This document shows positions 52,060 to 64,000 of a DNA stretch of 64,000 nucleotides, one piece after another. Under the pieces are notes generated by a model. It searched no databases, was not told where the DNA came from, and worked only from the letters and a program-made list of their open reading frames with translations. Position 1 is the stretch's first letter. Every line of letters starts with the position of its first letter. This stretch comes from Okamejei kenojei (taxonomy: Eukaryota). The position numbers and the translations under genes are program-made. The DNA is taken from NCBI GenBank assembly GCA_035221665.1, contig JAVHYY010000112.1:248001-312000 (forward strand). Direction: 5' to 3'.

Positions 52060-52850
52060 ATAATAGCCATAGATTGATACAGCATGGAGACAGGACCTCC
52101 GGCCCAACTTGCCCACACCGGCAAACATGTCGCAGCTGCACTGGTCCCATCTGCTCGCGTTTGTTCCACATCCCTCCATATCTGTCATATCCTTACACCT
52201 ATCCAACTGCTTCCTAGAAACAGAGACACATAGAAAATAGGTGCAGGAGTAGAACATTCGGCCCATCGAGCCTGCACCGTCATTCAATATGACCATGGCT
52301 GCTCATCCAACTCAGTATCATGTACCGATCCAGCCATCCAACTCAGTATCTCCATACCCCCCGATCCCTTTAGCCACAAGGGCCACATCTAACTCTTAAA
52401 TATAGCCAATGAACTGGCCTCAACTACCTTCTGTGGCAGAGAATTCCACAGATTCACCACTCTCTGTGTGAAAAATGATTTTCTCATCTCGGTCCTAAAA
52501 TACTTGCCCCTTATCCTTAAAGGATATTCTTAAACGATGGTATAGTCTCAGGCTCTACTATTTCCTCTGAGAGCTTGTTCCATACACCCACCACCCTCTG
52601 TATGAAAAAGTTACCCCTCAAATTCCTATTAAATGTTTTCCCCTTCACGTTAAACATATGTTCTCTGGTTCTTGATTCGCCTTCTCTGGGTGGTTCTGTT
52701 CGGATCTATTCCTTTCAAGATGTTATACACCGCTATAAGATCACCCATCATCCTCCTGTACTCCAAGGAATAGAGTCGCAGCTTGCTTAACCTCCCAGAC
52801 AGTTGAAACCCTCTAGTTCCCGGAAATCTCCTCTGTACCCTTTCTAGCTT
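52060..52850 (-). mobile_element. Cluster of CR1 3' fragments
   Basis: KLERVQRRFPG..LYSLEYRRMMGDLIAVY; CR1 3' end taggtgcaggagtag at ~52238. Confidence 0.8.
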
Positions 52851-52876
52851 GAAATTAATCTCGTCGTAAATCTCAC

Positions 52877-52946
52877 CAGGGACGCCGACTGCTGCGAGGA
52901 TTATATAGTAGATTGTATAAAGCAGACCTTTTGGTGGAGCGTGCAT
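52877..52946 (-). pseudogene. GPR139-like first coding exon (N-terminus and start of TM1)
   Basis: MHAPPKGLLYTIYYIILAAVGVP then phase-1 donor G|GTGAG. Confidence 0.65.
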
Positions 52947-53206
52947 TCTCGTTGGACTGAGACGGCCCTCCGGCTCTGACTGATCCTTTGTAATCTGAAT
53001 CAACGTTCCTTTTATGTAGGCGATGTCCCGCTCCGGGGAGATGAATGTTAATGTGATCTAGCTCCAGCGTTTTAAAGTAAACTAATTAACCCATCAATTT
53101 CGCGTGGGTTATTTTCAAAATAAATTCATTGCCATTTATGGGACAGCTATTGTTCAAGTCATTTCTGCTCCCTAAAAGAATGCTATTTGCTAGGTGTATA
53201 TCGTAT

Positions 53207-53576
53207 CTAGAAACTTGCAAAATTCTTAAGGGGTTGGACTGGCTCGATGCAGGAAGATTGTTCCCGTTGTTGGAGAAGTCCAGGACAAGGAGTCACAGCT
53301 TAAGGATAAGGGGGAATTCCTTTTTGACCGAGATGAGAAATACGGTGAGTCTCTGGAACTCTCTGCCACAGAGGGTAGTCGAGGCCAGTTCATTGGCTAG
53401 ATTTAAGAGGGAGTTAGATGTGGCCCTTGTGGCTAAGGGGATCAGAGAGTATGGAGATAAGGCAGGTACGGGATACTGAGTTGGATGATCAGCCATGATC
53501 ATACCGAATGGCGGTGCAGGCTCGAAGGGCCGAAAGGCCTACTCCTGCACCTAATTTCTATGTTTCTATGTTTCTA
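53207..53576 (+). mobile_element. CR1 LINE 3' end
   Basis: KILKGLD..AGRLFP; (TTTCTATG)n tail. Confidence 0.9.
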
Positions 53577-54009
53577 TTTACTCCATCCAGGAAGTTAGGG
53601 TCAGTCTAATGTGATCTCAGTGTGTGCCTTACAGATCAATTACTGAAGGTAGATACAAAATGCTGGAGTAACTCAGCGGGACAAGCTGATTACACATCAA
53701 TTAATTATTGATGCAGTATTCGACTACATAAAAGTCAGAGACATAGTGTTGTGAATTATTAAGGGGAATCAACGACTAGATTTTGGACTATTATCAACAA
53801 GCTGGACTATGAAAAAAGATCGGTACCCTCAGTATGAGAGATGCGGTAACGAAAGATTCGGAGAGAACGTGTGCACCAAAGTAGCCAGAGCATCTTGCAG
53901 AATGCCAGTTTTGTTTCCATTTCAGATTTCCAGCATATGTAGGTTTTAGTTTATTTTTCACCAGTCCGTTGGTCTAAATAACACACATTGGCTGATCAGG
54001 AAACCTGTG

Positions 54010-54420
54010 CAGATTTTCTCGAAGATAGATACAAAGGCTGGAGTAAATCCGCGGAACAGGCAGCATCTCTGGATAGTGGGAATGGGAGACGTTTCGGATC
54101 GAGACCTTTCACTGTGAACCATGAGAGAGTGTCCAGAGATATACATGGGTAAGGCGTGAAAACGAGGCATCAAAGGGGGACGAGGATGATGGGAATGTAG
54201 AGTTGATGATTGCTCGCTCGCGGAATGTGAAGCATACAAAGATGACATTTAATCAGGAGGACAGTGAGACTGGTCGGAGAACTATGATGAGGGAGTGATG
54301 GAGAGAGAGAAATTACGGGACACTTGAAGTTACAGAAGTCAATATGTATACCGCCCAGTTATCAGCAGCCCGAACGAAATATGAGGAGCTGTTCCTCCAA
54401 TGTGCGTTGAGCCTCACTCG
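54010..54420 (-). mobile_element. Penelope-like element 3' remnant
   Basis: Minus strand EAQRTLEEQLLIFR; plus-strand terminal motif gagacgtttcggatcgagacc. Confidence 0.6.
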
Positions 54421-56574
54421 ACCCGCCTCACTTGGCGACATTGGCAATCATTCGGCCTGTGCAATTGTCTGGACGGCGGTTTGCCCCCCCCCCCCCCCCC
54501 CCCCCCCCCCACCAGACCGCTTTAAATGAATGCACCATATCTCTAAAGCAGGACAGGCACTTGCAGCCCGGGGCATTCCGACATCTACCTAGCAGAGCGG
54601 CGCACGGTCATTTTAGTTAGTACTGGTGAGCAATTTGAGTGTAGACAGTCAGAACCTCATTTCCAGCCGTCATCGCATAGACTGCAAGCACTCAGCATCC
54701 GAGAGATACACCTTTTCACAGTTACCTTACATTTGCTCTGAACCTTGATGCATTTCTAGACACAAGGACAAGAAACCGGATAATCTGTGACAAACCTTCA
54801 TGGATACTTGGATATACTGATAGTGGGTTGTGTGCCCATTTAACCTCAAGGTATATAAAACACGTTAACATGAAAACTGTTAAGGCGGTGTGATATTGTA
54901 TTTTTATGTAGTCATACAGCACCGAAGATGGCCCTTCGGCTCTATTCTTCCAAGCTGATCGAAAGACCTATCTATGCACATTCCACTTCCTTATTTTGAC
55001 CCACAATCCTATATTATCTTTCCTACCGGTATGTCTGTCCAAACGTTGTGATTTTACCAACTTTTCCCATATCTCCTGGTAGCATGCTCCATGTCGCCAA
55101 AATCTTATGTGGCGAAAAACCTTGTCCTTTAGGACTCCATTAAACATTTCCGTTCTCATTGTTTATATATGTCCTCTTGTTTTACAGTCCCCTAACTTTT
55201 GCAAAAATGTCTGCGACTATTAATCCTCCGTACTCCCCACATAATTTAATAAATCACTACAAGATTTGCCATTGGCACTGATCAGTCAAAAATACCGATC
55301 GAACTCAAAACCAGAATTTTGAGGTTAGAGGCATCTTATAAAATTGAAGGCTGACGAAGGACGGAGAGAGGGAGAGAGGGGGAGGGGGAGAGAATGAGCG
55401 TGTAGGGNNNNNNNNNNNNNNNNNNNNNNNNNNNNNNNNNNNNNNNNNNNNNNNNNNNNNNNNNNNNNNNNNNNNNNNNNNNNNNNNNNNNNNNNNNNNN
55501 NNNNNNNNNNNNNNNNNNNNNNNNNNNNNNNNNNNNNNNNNNNNNNNNNNNNNNNNNNNNNNNNNNNNNNNNNNNNNNNNNNNNGAGGGGAGGAATGGAG
55601 GGAGAGTGGGATAGTGTAGAGGAGAGTGTAGGGAGAGAGAGAGACAGATGCGAATCCTCGTAGCGCAAGTGAATAAAAGTNNNNNNNNNNNNNNNNNNNN
55701 NNNNNNNNNNNNNNNNNNNNNNNNNNNNNNNNNNNNNNNNNNNNNNNNNNNNNNNNNNNNNNNNNNNNNNNNNNNNNNNNNNNNNNNNNNNNNNNNNNNN
55801 NNNNNNNNNNNNNNNNNNNNNNNNNNNNNNNNNNNNNNNNNNNNNNNNNNNNNNNNNNNNNNNNNNTGGAATTAAAATGATCTGCAGATGGTGGTTTATA
55901 ACAAATATAAACACAAATGCTGGAGTAACTAGACGGTCAGAAAACATCTCTGGGGAAATGGACAGATGCCGTTTCGGGCCAGGACCTTCATAAAAATTCA
56001 GTCTAAATTAAGTCCCGATATGTCACCAATCAGTGTGAAATGTGCACCATTTTATTTCCAATTCTGGGCCCAAATTTCTATGTATGCCGTTTATTCCCCT
56101 TTCACTCCTTCTTGAACAGAGGGAGAAACTTTGGGACCCGGAAGTCTTACGGCACCTTACCCATGTCTAGCAATTACTCCTCATTCAGTACCCGTCTGGT
56201 TTCTTTTGTAGCTTCCCAACTGTGTACATTGATAAAACTGACTACGCGTGAGATGTATCTGCCTTCCATACGTTCAATACGTTCAGCACCCAATTGACTG
56301 TAATATAGAAAGCCCCCAAGACATCTTCGTTCATGAGTTCCGTATCCTCCATGTCTTTCTCCGCAATAAAGCAGAGGCGAAATATTAATCGGTGTGAGAG
56401 CAGAAACAACGTGAGATCAACGTTCGGTGATTTCAGTGACGATATTTAGAAAAGTCAATTTGCAGGGACGTGACAGATGAGTGAGTTTCTGTTGATTGTG
56501 GCAAACCGCAATCTGTATCCTGCCTTTCCAAGCCTGTCTTTATCGCTCGAATTCGGAGATCTACACAATGGTGA

Positions 56575-56613
56575 GGTTTTTGTATAACGCTTGAACTGGG
56601 CTCAGCCACTGTG
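56575..56613 (-). other. Consensus 23-RSS of V9 (CACAGTG, 23, ACAAAAACC)
   Basis: cactgtg 56607-56613; ggtttttgt 56575-56583. Confidence 0.95.
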
Positions 56614-59068
56614 TTACTTAGAGCACAGAAGTAAACAGCGGAGTCGGATAGTTGCCCAGAGATAGTTAACTTGGTGACTTTAGCCCCTGTCAGGAGATCC
56701 GCTGAGAACCTCGTTTTAGCAAAATCAGCGCTGTCCCCACCACCGTCTGAATATTTCGCTAGGATATACTGAAGCTGTTTGTCCGGGTTTTGCCGGTACC
56801 AGGACAATACATAAGAATTGAAGGCAGTATCATATGTGCAGCTTAGAGTCGCCAGTTCCCCTTCTGTCTTCAAACTCGCTGGCGGGCTTTGTGTGACTGA
56901 ATCTCCATCACCTCGTTCTGTAAAACAAGAAATAAACTGAAAACCAGATAATATTGAACACATAGGGGCCGCGGAGGCAAAGAACAATGCTGCTGAGGTC
57001 CTCTGAGGGGCAATCGGCCGCAGGAGGCTCCCTGGTCGCTGGACGGTGATCGGGGACCGTGTGATGCGAGCAATGCCCGTTCGCAGGTCGAATTGTTCAG
57101 CTCAAGGTTTCAGTGGAGTGGGGCACTGTAGGTCCCGCAGCAAGCTGAGGCTCAATTGCGTCAGGCGATGCAACAAATGCGACACAGGGGCGCAGCGGTA
57201 GAGCTTTTGTCGACTGCGCCGCAGATCCAGCTTCGATCTTGACAACGGGCACCGCCTGCGTGGGGTTTGCATCCCCTGTGACCGCGTGGGTTTACTCCTG
57301 GTGCTCCGGTTTCCTCGCACATCCCATAGGTGTGTGTGTTTGGAGGGTTCTTGGCTTCTTCAAGTTATCCCTTGGCTGTAGAATGGAACTAGTATGGGCG
57401 GTCGATGGTCGGCGTGGATTAGGTGGGCCTAAGTGCCTTTATACACGTTTTATATCTAATCTAAATTAATCTAAACTATACAAAAATCGTCATGCGCGCT
57501 GAGAGGACGCGGCCTGCAGCGAAAGAGCAAGAGTCGAGCAGATCCTCTTAATTGTCTGGCCAGGCCGAATCCTGAAACACAAAGCCAGTGTCGCCGCCAC
57601 GCCAACTGGCCTTTATGCTAAAAGTGTTTAGGAATAACACTTACAACAACTGTCAACATGGAGGATGAAAGATGTCACCGGAAACGTGCCGAGTCTTTTG
57701 TACTGCCTCAGGGTAATCTGCTATTCTTACATGTTCATAATAGCTCATAAGTTCTAGGAGCAGAATTAGGCCATGCGGCCCATCAGGTCTACGCCTCCAT
57801 TCAAGCATGGCCGATCTATCTCTCCCACCTAAATCCATTCTCCTGCCTTCTCCTCGTAACCCATGGCAACCGTGCTAATTACGAATTTGTCAATCTCCAC
57901 CTTAAACATGTCATTTGACTTGTCCCCCTTAGACGCATGTGGTAATGAATACCACACATTCACCGCCATCTAATCTTAAGGGGTTGGACAGGCTAGATGC
58001 AGGAAGATTGTTCCCGATGTTGGGGAAGTCCAGGACAAGGGGTCACAGCTTAAGGATAAGGGGGAAATCCTTTAAGACCGAGATGAGAAATACTTTTTTC
58101 ACACAGAGAGTGATGAGTCTCTGGAACTCTCTGCCACAGAGGGTAGTTGAGACCAGTCCATTGGCTATATTTAAGAGGGAGTTAGATGTGGCACTTGTGG
58201 CTAAGGGGATCAGAGGATATGGAGATATGGAGAGAAGGCAGGTACGGGATGCTGAGTTGGAAGATCAGCCATGATCATATTGAATGGCGGTGCAGGCTCG
58301 AAGGGCCGAATGGCCTACTCCTGCACCTAATTTATATGTTTCTATGTTTCTATCTAATAAAATAAATTTCTTCTAATCTCATTTTCTAAGGTACGCCCTT
58401 TTATTCTGAGGCTATGATTTCTCATCCTCGACTCTCCCACTCGTGGAAACATCTCCTGTACATTCACTCTATCCAGCACTTTTAGTATTCTTTCAGTCTC
58501 AAATAGTACCCCCCTCATCCTTCAAAACTCCAGCAAGTACATGACCCGTGCCTTCAAACGCTCATCACATGTTAATCCAATTATTCGTGGAAGAGTTGTT
58601 TAAGAAATAACTGCAGATGCTGGAAAAATCGAAGGTAGACAAAATGTTGGCGAAACACCACGAATAATTCATGGGACAATTCTGTTAAACCGCCTCTCGA
58701 TCCTCACCAACGACAGCACATCATTCCTCAGATGTCGGGCCCAAAACTGCCCATTCGTATATAAGGATAATTGTTCAGATGTCGACTGTATCGTATGATT
58801 GTTCAGATGTCGACTGAATTTGATTGTACCGCTGCTGGCATATTTATTTCACTGCACTTATATGTGTATGTGATTAATACAACTGATTTATTGATTGATT
58901 GAGTGAAATAATTCCATGGTACCCGAGTAGATGTGACAATAAAATACCATTGAATCATTGAACGTCAAAGAGATCCAGCAGCCAGAGAGATTAAATTATG
59001 TTTGATTTACACTTACCTGGCAGAAGCGCTGTCAACAAGCAGAAATACAAGAATCGCTTTGCATCCAT
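56614..59068 (-). CDS. Open TCR alpha/delta-type V segment V9 (third family): leader 59017-59068, V exon 56614-56917
   Basis: MDAKRFLYFCLLTALLP|GTAAGT; ERGDGDSVTQSPP..LSCTY..WYRQNPDK..RFSADL..LSDSAVYFCALSN; splice phases compatible. Confidence 0.88.
57180..57480 (+). mobile_element. tRNA-derived SINE in the V9 intron
   Basis: ggggcgcagcggtagagc..ttcgatc..gtgaccgcgtgggttt. Confidence 0.6.
57975..58351 (+). mobile_element. CR1 3' end nested in an older minus-strand CR1 fragment (~57740-58750) within the V9 intron
   Basis: LKGLDRLDAGRLFP..; TSD atctaat 57968-57974 and 58352-58358. Confidence 0.88.
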
Positions 59069-59891
59069 TCGGACGGTAGATTGTGTAGATGTAGCAAACA
59101 GGGTCACGAAGATGTAACTACGAAGAGAGATAAAAGGGTAGATCTCAGCATTTGAAGGCATATCTGGCGCCCTCCCGCAGGAATTTGCTTGCGATCATCA
59201 TGACCCTCTCTGCGTCACTACCTGTTGTCTCTGTTGGTGCAGTGGGATCGGTGGGCGGGAGTTGAACAGTAACACTTACTGCTGAGCATCAGTTCGTTTT
59301 ATTACCGGACGCACTTTTGTTTGAAGATTCAAATGGGGTAGCTGATGCCTTTATCTGGATTTTTCAACGGTGGATCTCTGCCATTAATTAATGGGAATAG
59401 ATAATCCTCATCATTCAGAAAATTCCTGAGTGATCTAAACACAATTCACCAAATTACTCTCGACTCTCGTAGGGCATACATCAGATAGAACATCATATAT
59501 TTGGTTCGCCAGACACGATAAGATTCATCGTGAATTCAAAGCGCTAAATTCAAGCATCTGGGTCATGTCTGCAATTTTCTTTTCTTGATCATCAAGGCTC
59601 GAGTTACCGGTAGGTGAATTCTCCTTACAATGACACGGGAAAAGCTATCCTTGACAGTGTCATCTATGATGCTTGTTATTAAGACGAGGCTATCTTCATT
59701 TGCCCATCGGTTTTTGGACAAGTATCTATTTCACTTGGTAGTGAAAGGAAGATGAAAATGAATAGTGAACGCAGAATAGTACAGGAACTGTCCTAATATT
59801 TGTTTCGAATACGATTCCAAGATAAACGAACATTATCCGCCTACACATTATCTATATCCCTATTTTCATGTCCAAGTGCCCAAATGACAGT

Positions 59892-59974
59892 TACCAGGAG
59901 TGGGGTTCGAACTCACGTGAACACTCGTTCATTGGATCTTACGTCCAACGCCTTAACCACTCGGTCATCCTAGT
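59892..59974 (-). tRNA. tRNA-Leu(TAA)-like, probably a pseudogene
   Basis: ACTAGGATGACCGAGTGGTTAAGGCGTTGGACGTAAGATCCAATG..GTTCGAACCCCACTCCTGGTA, 83 nt with long variable arm; U33 replaced by G and other substitutions. Confidence 0.8.
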
Positions 59975-60095
59975 ATTCGGAAGTAAAGTCATTTCTGAGC
60001 ATAAATGTTGATTTTCAATTCGTTATTATTCGCGATTGGCCTGTGAGGAACAATATAAAACAGAGGAGGTCCGTTTTTTCCATAAGAGTGAACTA

Positions 60096-60109
60096 CTGCC
60101 ATCTGCTGG
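60096..60109 (-). promoter_or_regulatory. Candidate CTCF site
   Basis: CCAGCAGATGGCAG matches the core consensus CCASYAGRKGGCRS. Confidence 0.45.
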
Positions 60110-61679
60110 AAAGCGCCAGTATTTCACCCAGCGTCCATATATTCTGTTCTGTGCAGTTTTACTGCAATCGTCCATGATATCCATCACATCATTCGGCTAT
60201 CCGAACACAGAAAAAAGCATAACGGAGACATTGGGAATTATTTTATTGTGAGAATAACTTAAGTTGACTTGACATCATGCGTGGCGCCGTCATTGTATGT
60301 ATGTCGGTGTGTGTGTGTTGGGGGGGGGGGGTGTCTGTTCCCGTTTATACTGTTAAATGTTCTGTGTTTCAAATGTTCATTAATAATCTTATGGAGATGT
60401 ATAAAGCCATGAGGGGAACTACACAGTCTCTTGCCCAGAGTAGGTGAAACGTGGACCAGAGGACGTGCGTTTAAGAAGGGGAAATATTTAATAGGAATCT
60501 GAGGGGTAACCCTTTGACACGAAGTGTGTGTAGGGTGGAGGGGGGTATGCAACAAGCTGCCAGATGAGGTAGTGGAGGCAGGGACTATCCCAATGTTTAA
60601 TGAACAGTTGCACAGGTACCTGGCTTGGGGGGGATATGGGCCAAACACGGGCAGTTGGGACTAATGTAGCTGGGACATGTTAGCCGATGTGTGTAAGTAG
60701 GGCCGATTGGCCTGGGTCCACGCTGTATCGCTATATGTCCATGAACCTCTATCATAAATGTGAGGTTTATAGTCTTTAAACTCGAACTAAAGCACTGAGT
60801 AGAAAGTTGCCATTGCCGGCATCACCGCCTGGGTAACGGAAACTCAATAGTTAAATGAGCGTAAATGGGCGGAACAACAGGTGTGTTTACAGGTGGCGTT
60901 TTCGAATAGAATAGCTGACAATGAAACTCTATTCAGTCAGGAAATGCCGAATTACATCCTGTCTCATTGCTGATTACCTCACCGCAGAATGAACAAGAAG
61001 GAACCCATCAGAATCAAACCACTTTGTTTTCCGATTCATCTTATCAGTTCCAAGATAATTTCTTCTTCGATTTGCCCAATCAAGTCCCTCGTCCTTTGCT
61101 TACCCCGTGTATCTGAATCGTGACGTTCGAAGGGGGGGGGGGGGGCGCAGCTCATCGTGAACGGTTCTTCCAAAAAATAACTGGACGGAGATGAAACCCA
61201 TGGTATAGCTTCTGATACATTTAGTATCTAAGATGAAACCGGGGGATAATTAACATGGAATGGCAAAACATATAAATACTGGAAAACCTAAGTCAAATCA
61301 GAAATTGATGCTAAAACAAAGAATGCAGGAGCACGATGAAGAGTTGTATCGAGTTCAGGCTGCGGATCGATTGAATTCATCCACTTAAAGATACAGCACG
61401 GGAACAGACCCTTCGGCTCACCGAGTCCAAGCTGACCATGGATCTTCAGTTCATACTAGCTCTTTGTTATCCCACTTTCGCATCCACTTTGTACATAGTC
61501 GGGGCAATTTGCAATAGCCAATTCATCTACAAACCAGCAGTGTGCGAGGTCACCGGAGTCGCCGCAGGAAACACATACGGTCGCTGGGAGAGCGTGCAAA
61601 CTCCTCATAGACCGCACCCGAGATCAGATTCTAACCTGGTACTCGGTGGGCCGAAGTGCCTATGTCCATACTGTAACTT

Positions 61680-61780
61680 AACTAAACTAAACTACAATAC
61701 ACTAAACCGAACAAAACTAAACTAAAATAAACTAAACTAAACTAAAATAAACTAAACTAAACTAAACCAAACTAAACGAA
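61680..61780. repeat. (AAACT)n microsatellite
   Basis: Direct reading. Confidence 0.9.
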
Positions 61781-61899
61781 GACATTATTTAAAATGAAAA
61801 GTACACAATTGGTCCATAATTCTCAGATTTTGGTTCACGTTGCATCCGATCGCAACATAGATGTGCAATCCTATTCAGTGAAATCGGGGCGGAGTTCTT

Positions 61900-61938
61900 A
61901 GTATTTGTAAGGGCGAACAAAGCACCATACACACCGTG
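61900..61938 (-). other. 23-RSS of V10 (CACGGTG, 23, ACAAATACT)
   Basis: caccgtg 61932-61938; agtatttgt 61900-61908. Confidence 0.85.
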
Positions 61939-62390
61939 GGGCTCAGAGCACAGTGATACACCGCGGCGTCCGAGTAAACCACTCCGGAGATTGTCAAAGG
62001 AATGGTTTTCCTATCCAGGTCCAAATCAGCAGAGAACCTGGGCGGGAAATCTGGAGACAGATCTTGCCCGTCCCTGTTGAATCTTTTCAGTAAATATCGA
62101 GGATCTTCTCCCGGTCGTTGGACGTACCAGAATAGCGTGAAACCTGATGTGTAGGTTGAGGTGTAATTGCAGCTGAGCGTTATTGTTTGCCCGTCCTGCC
62201 CAGTTAATTCAGATGGATGCTGTGACACGGAATCTTCGCCAGCAGTCCCTGAAACGCAGATTATTCGAAATGAAGTGAAATGACCAGAGCGGACTTCTAT
62301 TTTATTTTACGCTGACAATTCAAACAGAGACTCACCAGGAAGGGCAATCATTATCAGCAGAAAGGAACACGAGGAACAAGAGGAACACAT
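61939..62390 (-). CDS. Intact TCR alpha/delta-type V segment V10 (fourth family): leader 62336-62390, V exon 61939-62248
   Basis: MCSSCSSCSFLLIMIALP|GTGAGT, 87-bp intron; EDSVSQHP..LSCNY..WYVQRPGEDPRY..RFSADLD..SDAAVYHCALSP. Confidence 0.92.
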
Positions 62391-64000
62391 GATGTCTGCT
62401 TTACAGTTAGAATACAAATCGTAGGTTACTTCTTGGAAATGTTACCTTTGCTTTCTTGCAATGCAGAATAAACTCAAAACCGAGGGAGAAGAGGGCGGTG
62501 TTCGGGCAGGGATAGGCTGGGTATTAACCGCCGTCATACGGGGACCAATGAGAATGAATATTGTGAAATGATTGGATGGCTGAATCAACGTCAGTTCATT
62601 CCTTGTCTCACTGAGTATATTTGAGAAAATAAATAACGAATGAGCAAGGAGGGCAGAGGCCGCCAAGGATTACGTAAGCGCATACTATTTCGTTTACAGG
62701 TGTGTGTGGTAATCATAACGAAATATACCTTAACACTAGAAGCGCAAGCGATTTTATCGAACATGGCATTTTGTCTGTACGTGAAGGTGGTCTTTTTTTA
62801 TTCTGAGCGTGGCAGGCAGAATTTTCATTCCTTTAGACTAATTGCTCGGATGAAAGGTTGTTCCAAGGAAGAATGTTCCGCAGATGTGTTTTATAAGCGG
62901 CACAGCAGGAACGCGTACCTTAGTCAGGCAGGCAAAAAACCTGAAACAGTTTGAACGGTCGAATCGGGCAATGTGTTCCTCTATTAGGAAATACTTGAAA
63001 AGGTGAATCTTTCGCAGATGTAATGCAAAATGTCAATATTTTGGGTATGATGTGACTCAGTAATTCCATGCGCAGAAAACGGCAAGAAAATGGTTGCAAT
63101 TTATTATAAATTGAGTTCAGAGCTTTCAGAGCGAGGTGGGAGTTGCATTTTCCGTCCACACCGGGCGGCGTGACGGCGTAGAATTAAAGCGTGCCTTAAT
63201 GATCGACGTACCGAGCTCGAGCGACTTACCAGCCTTATCCAAGAGCTCTTCCGTTCGTTGAGGGGCTCCAGAATAAAAGCGCCCTCTATTGAGTTCTCAC
63301 TGTAACTCCCAGCGTGGACTTTGCGTCTGGGATCCAAGTCAAGTTGAGTTTACTGTTGAACGCAAAATTACCGCAAGGTACAGTTACCATGAAATTCTTG
63401 CTTGCAAGCATCCGCTCAGCCACGTAGACGCTGACAACGCATCAAGCTTTAATTATACATACATTTTACACAAATAATGTACAAGACCGTGAAATTGAAA
63501 TGATCATGAAAAACAAGGCAGCAGTGCAAAACATAATTCGAAAAATAGTTATGGGACAGGTGGTCAGCGTGTTTCATGCATGGGGTACGATTAGGGATCA
63601 GGGCGTAGGTGGAATTACCTGATCTTTGCAGTAAATAATCTGTCTCTCAGCGTAGTGGGGTTGGGACTTCTAACGTCCGTATATCCAACCCGTCGGTGTC
63701 GAATGGGTCCCTTATTGTACTGAAATGTTACGAGATCCATAGCACTGAAATATTCAGTGGATTCAGCGTTGAGGCATTGAGGTCTCCAATTTTCGGTAAC
63801 CCCCCCCCCCCCACACTTTTCTCCCTCTCTTCCCCGTCCCAACCTGGTACGTATCAATTTCGCACAATATTCCGCCATCTTCTCCCTTTCCCCTCACCCC
63901 CTTCTACCTATATCCCCTCCTCTGATTTCACATTTATCTCCTCTTCTCTTCTTACCTTGCACTCTAGCGTCTCCTTTATATCTCTAGTTTGTGTCCACTC

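Noticed and set aside
1-64000. D, J, constant, NAR-TCR or IgH-like V segments
   Set aside because: No 12-spacer RSS, FGxG J motif or C-domain exon was recognised by eye

Overview
Eukaryotic vertebrate DNA, most likely a cartilaginous fish (skate/ray-like, inferred from CR1 LINEs with (TTTCTATG)n tails, elasmobranch-type tRNA SINEs and Penelope remnants). The window lies in the V-segment array of a T-cell receptor alpha/delta-type locus. I read 10 V segments. The typical layout is leader exon, intron, Ig-V exon ending near YYCA(L/F)S, then a recombination signal (RSS) with a 22-24 bp spacer. Three look intact (39234-40166, 56614-59068, 61939-62390; all minus strand) and seven are pseudogenes. 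No D, J or C segment was seen. From about 2.4 to 45.7 kb there are five degenerate tandem copies of a cassette, plus the start of a sixth. The cassette pairs a minus-strand family-I V head-to-head with a plus-strand family-II V, and copies differ by CR1, DIRS, Penelope-like and SINE insertions and by deletions. From 46 to 56 kb are repeats and fragments of a GPR139-like GPCR; a tRNA-Leu(TAA)-like copy lies at 59.9 kb. There are four N-gaps. All calls were made by eye; no database search was run.
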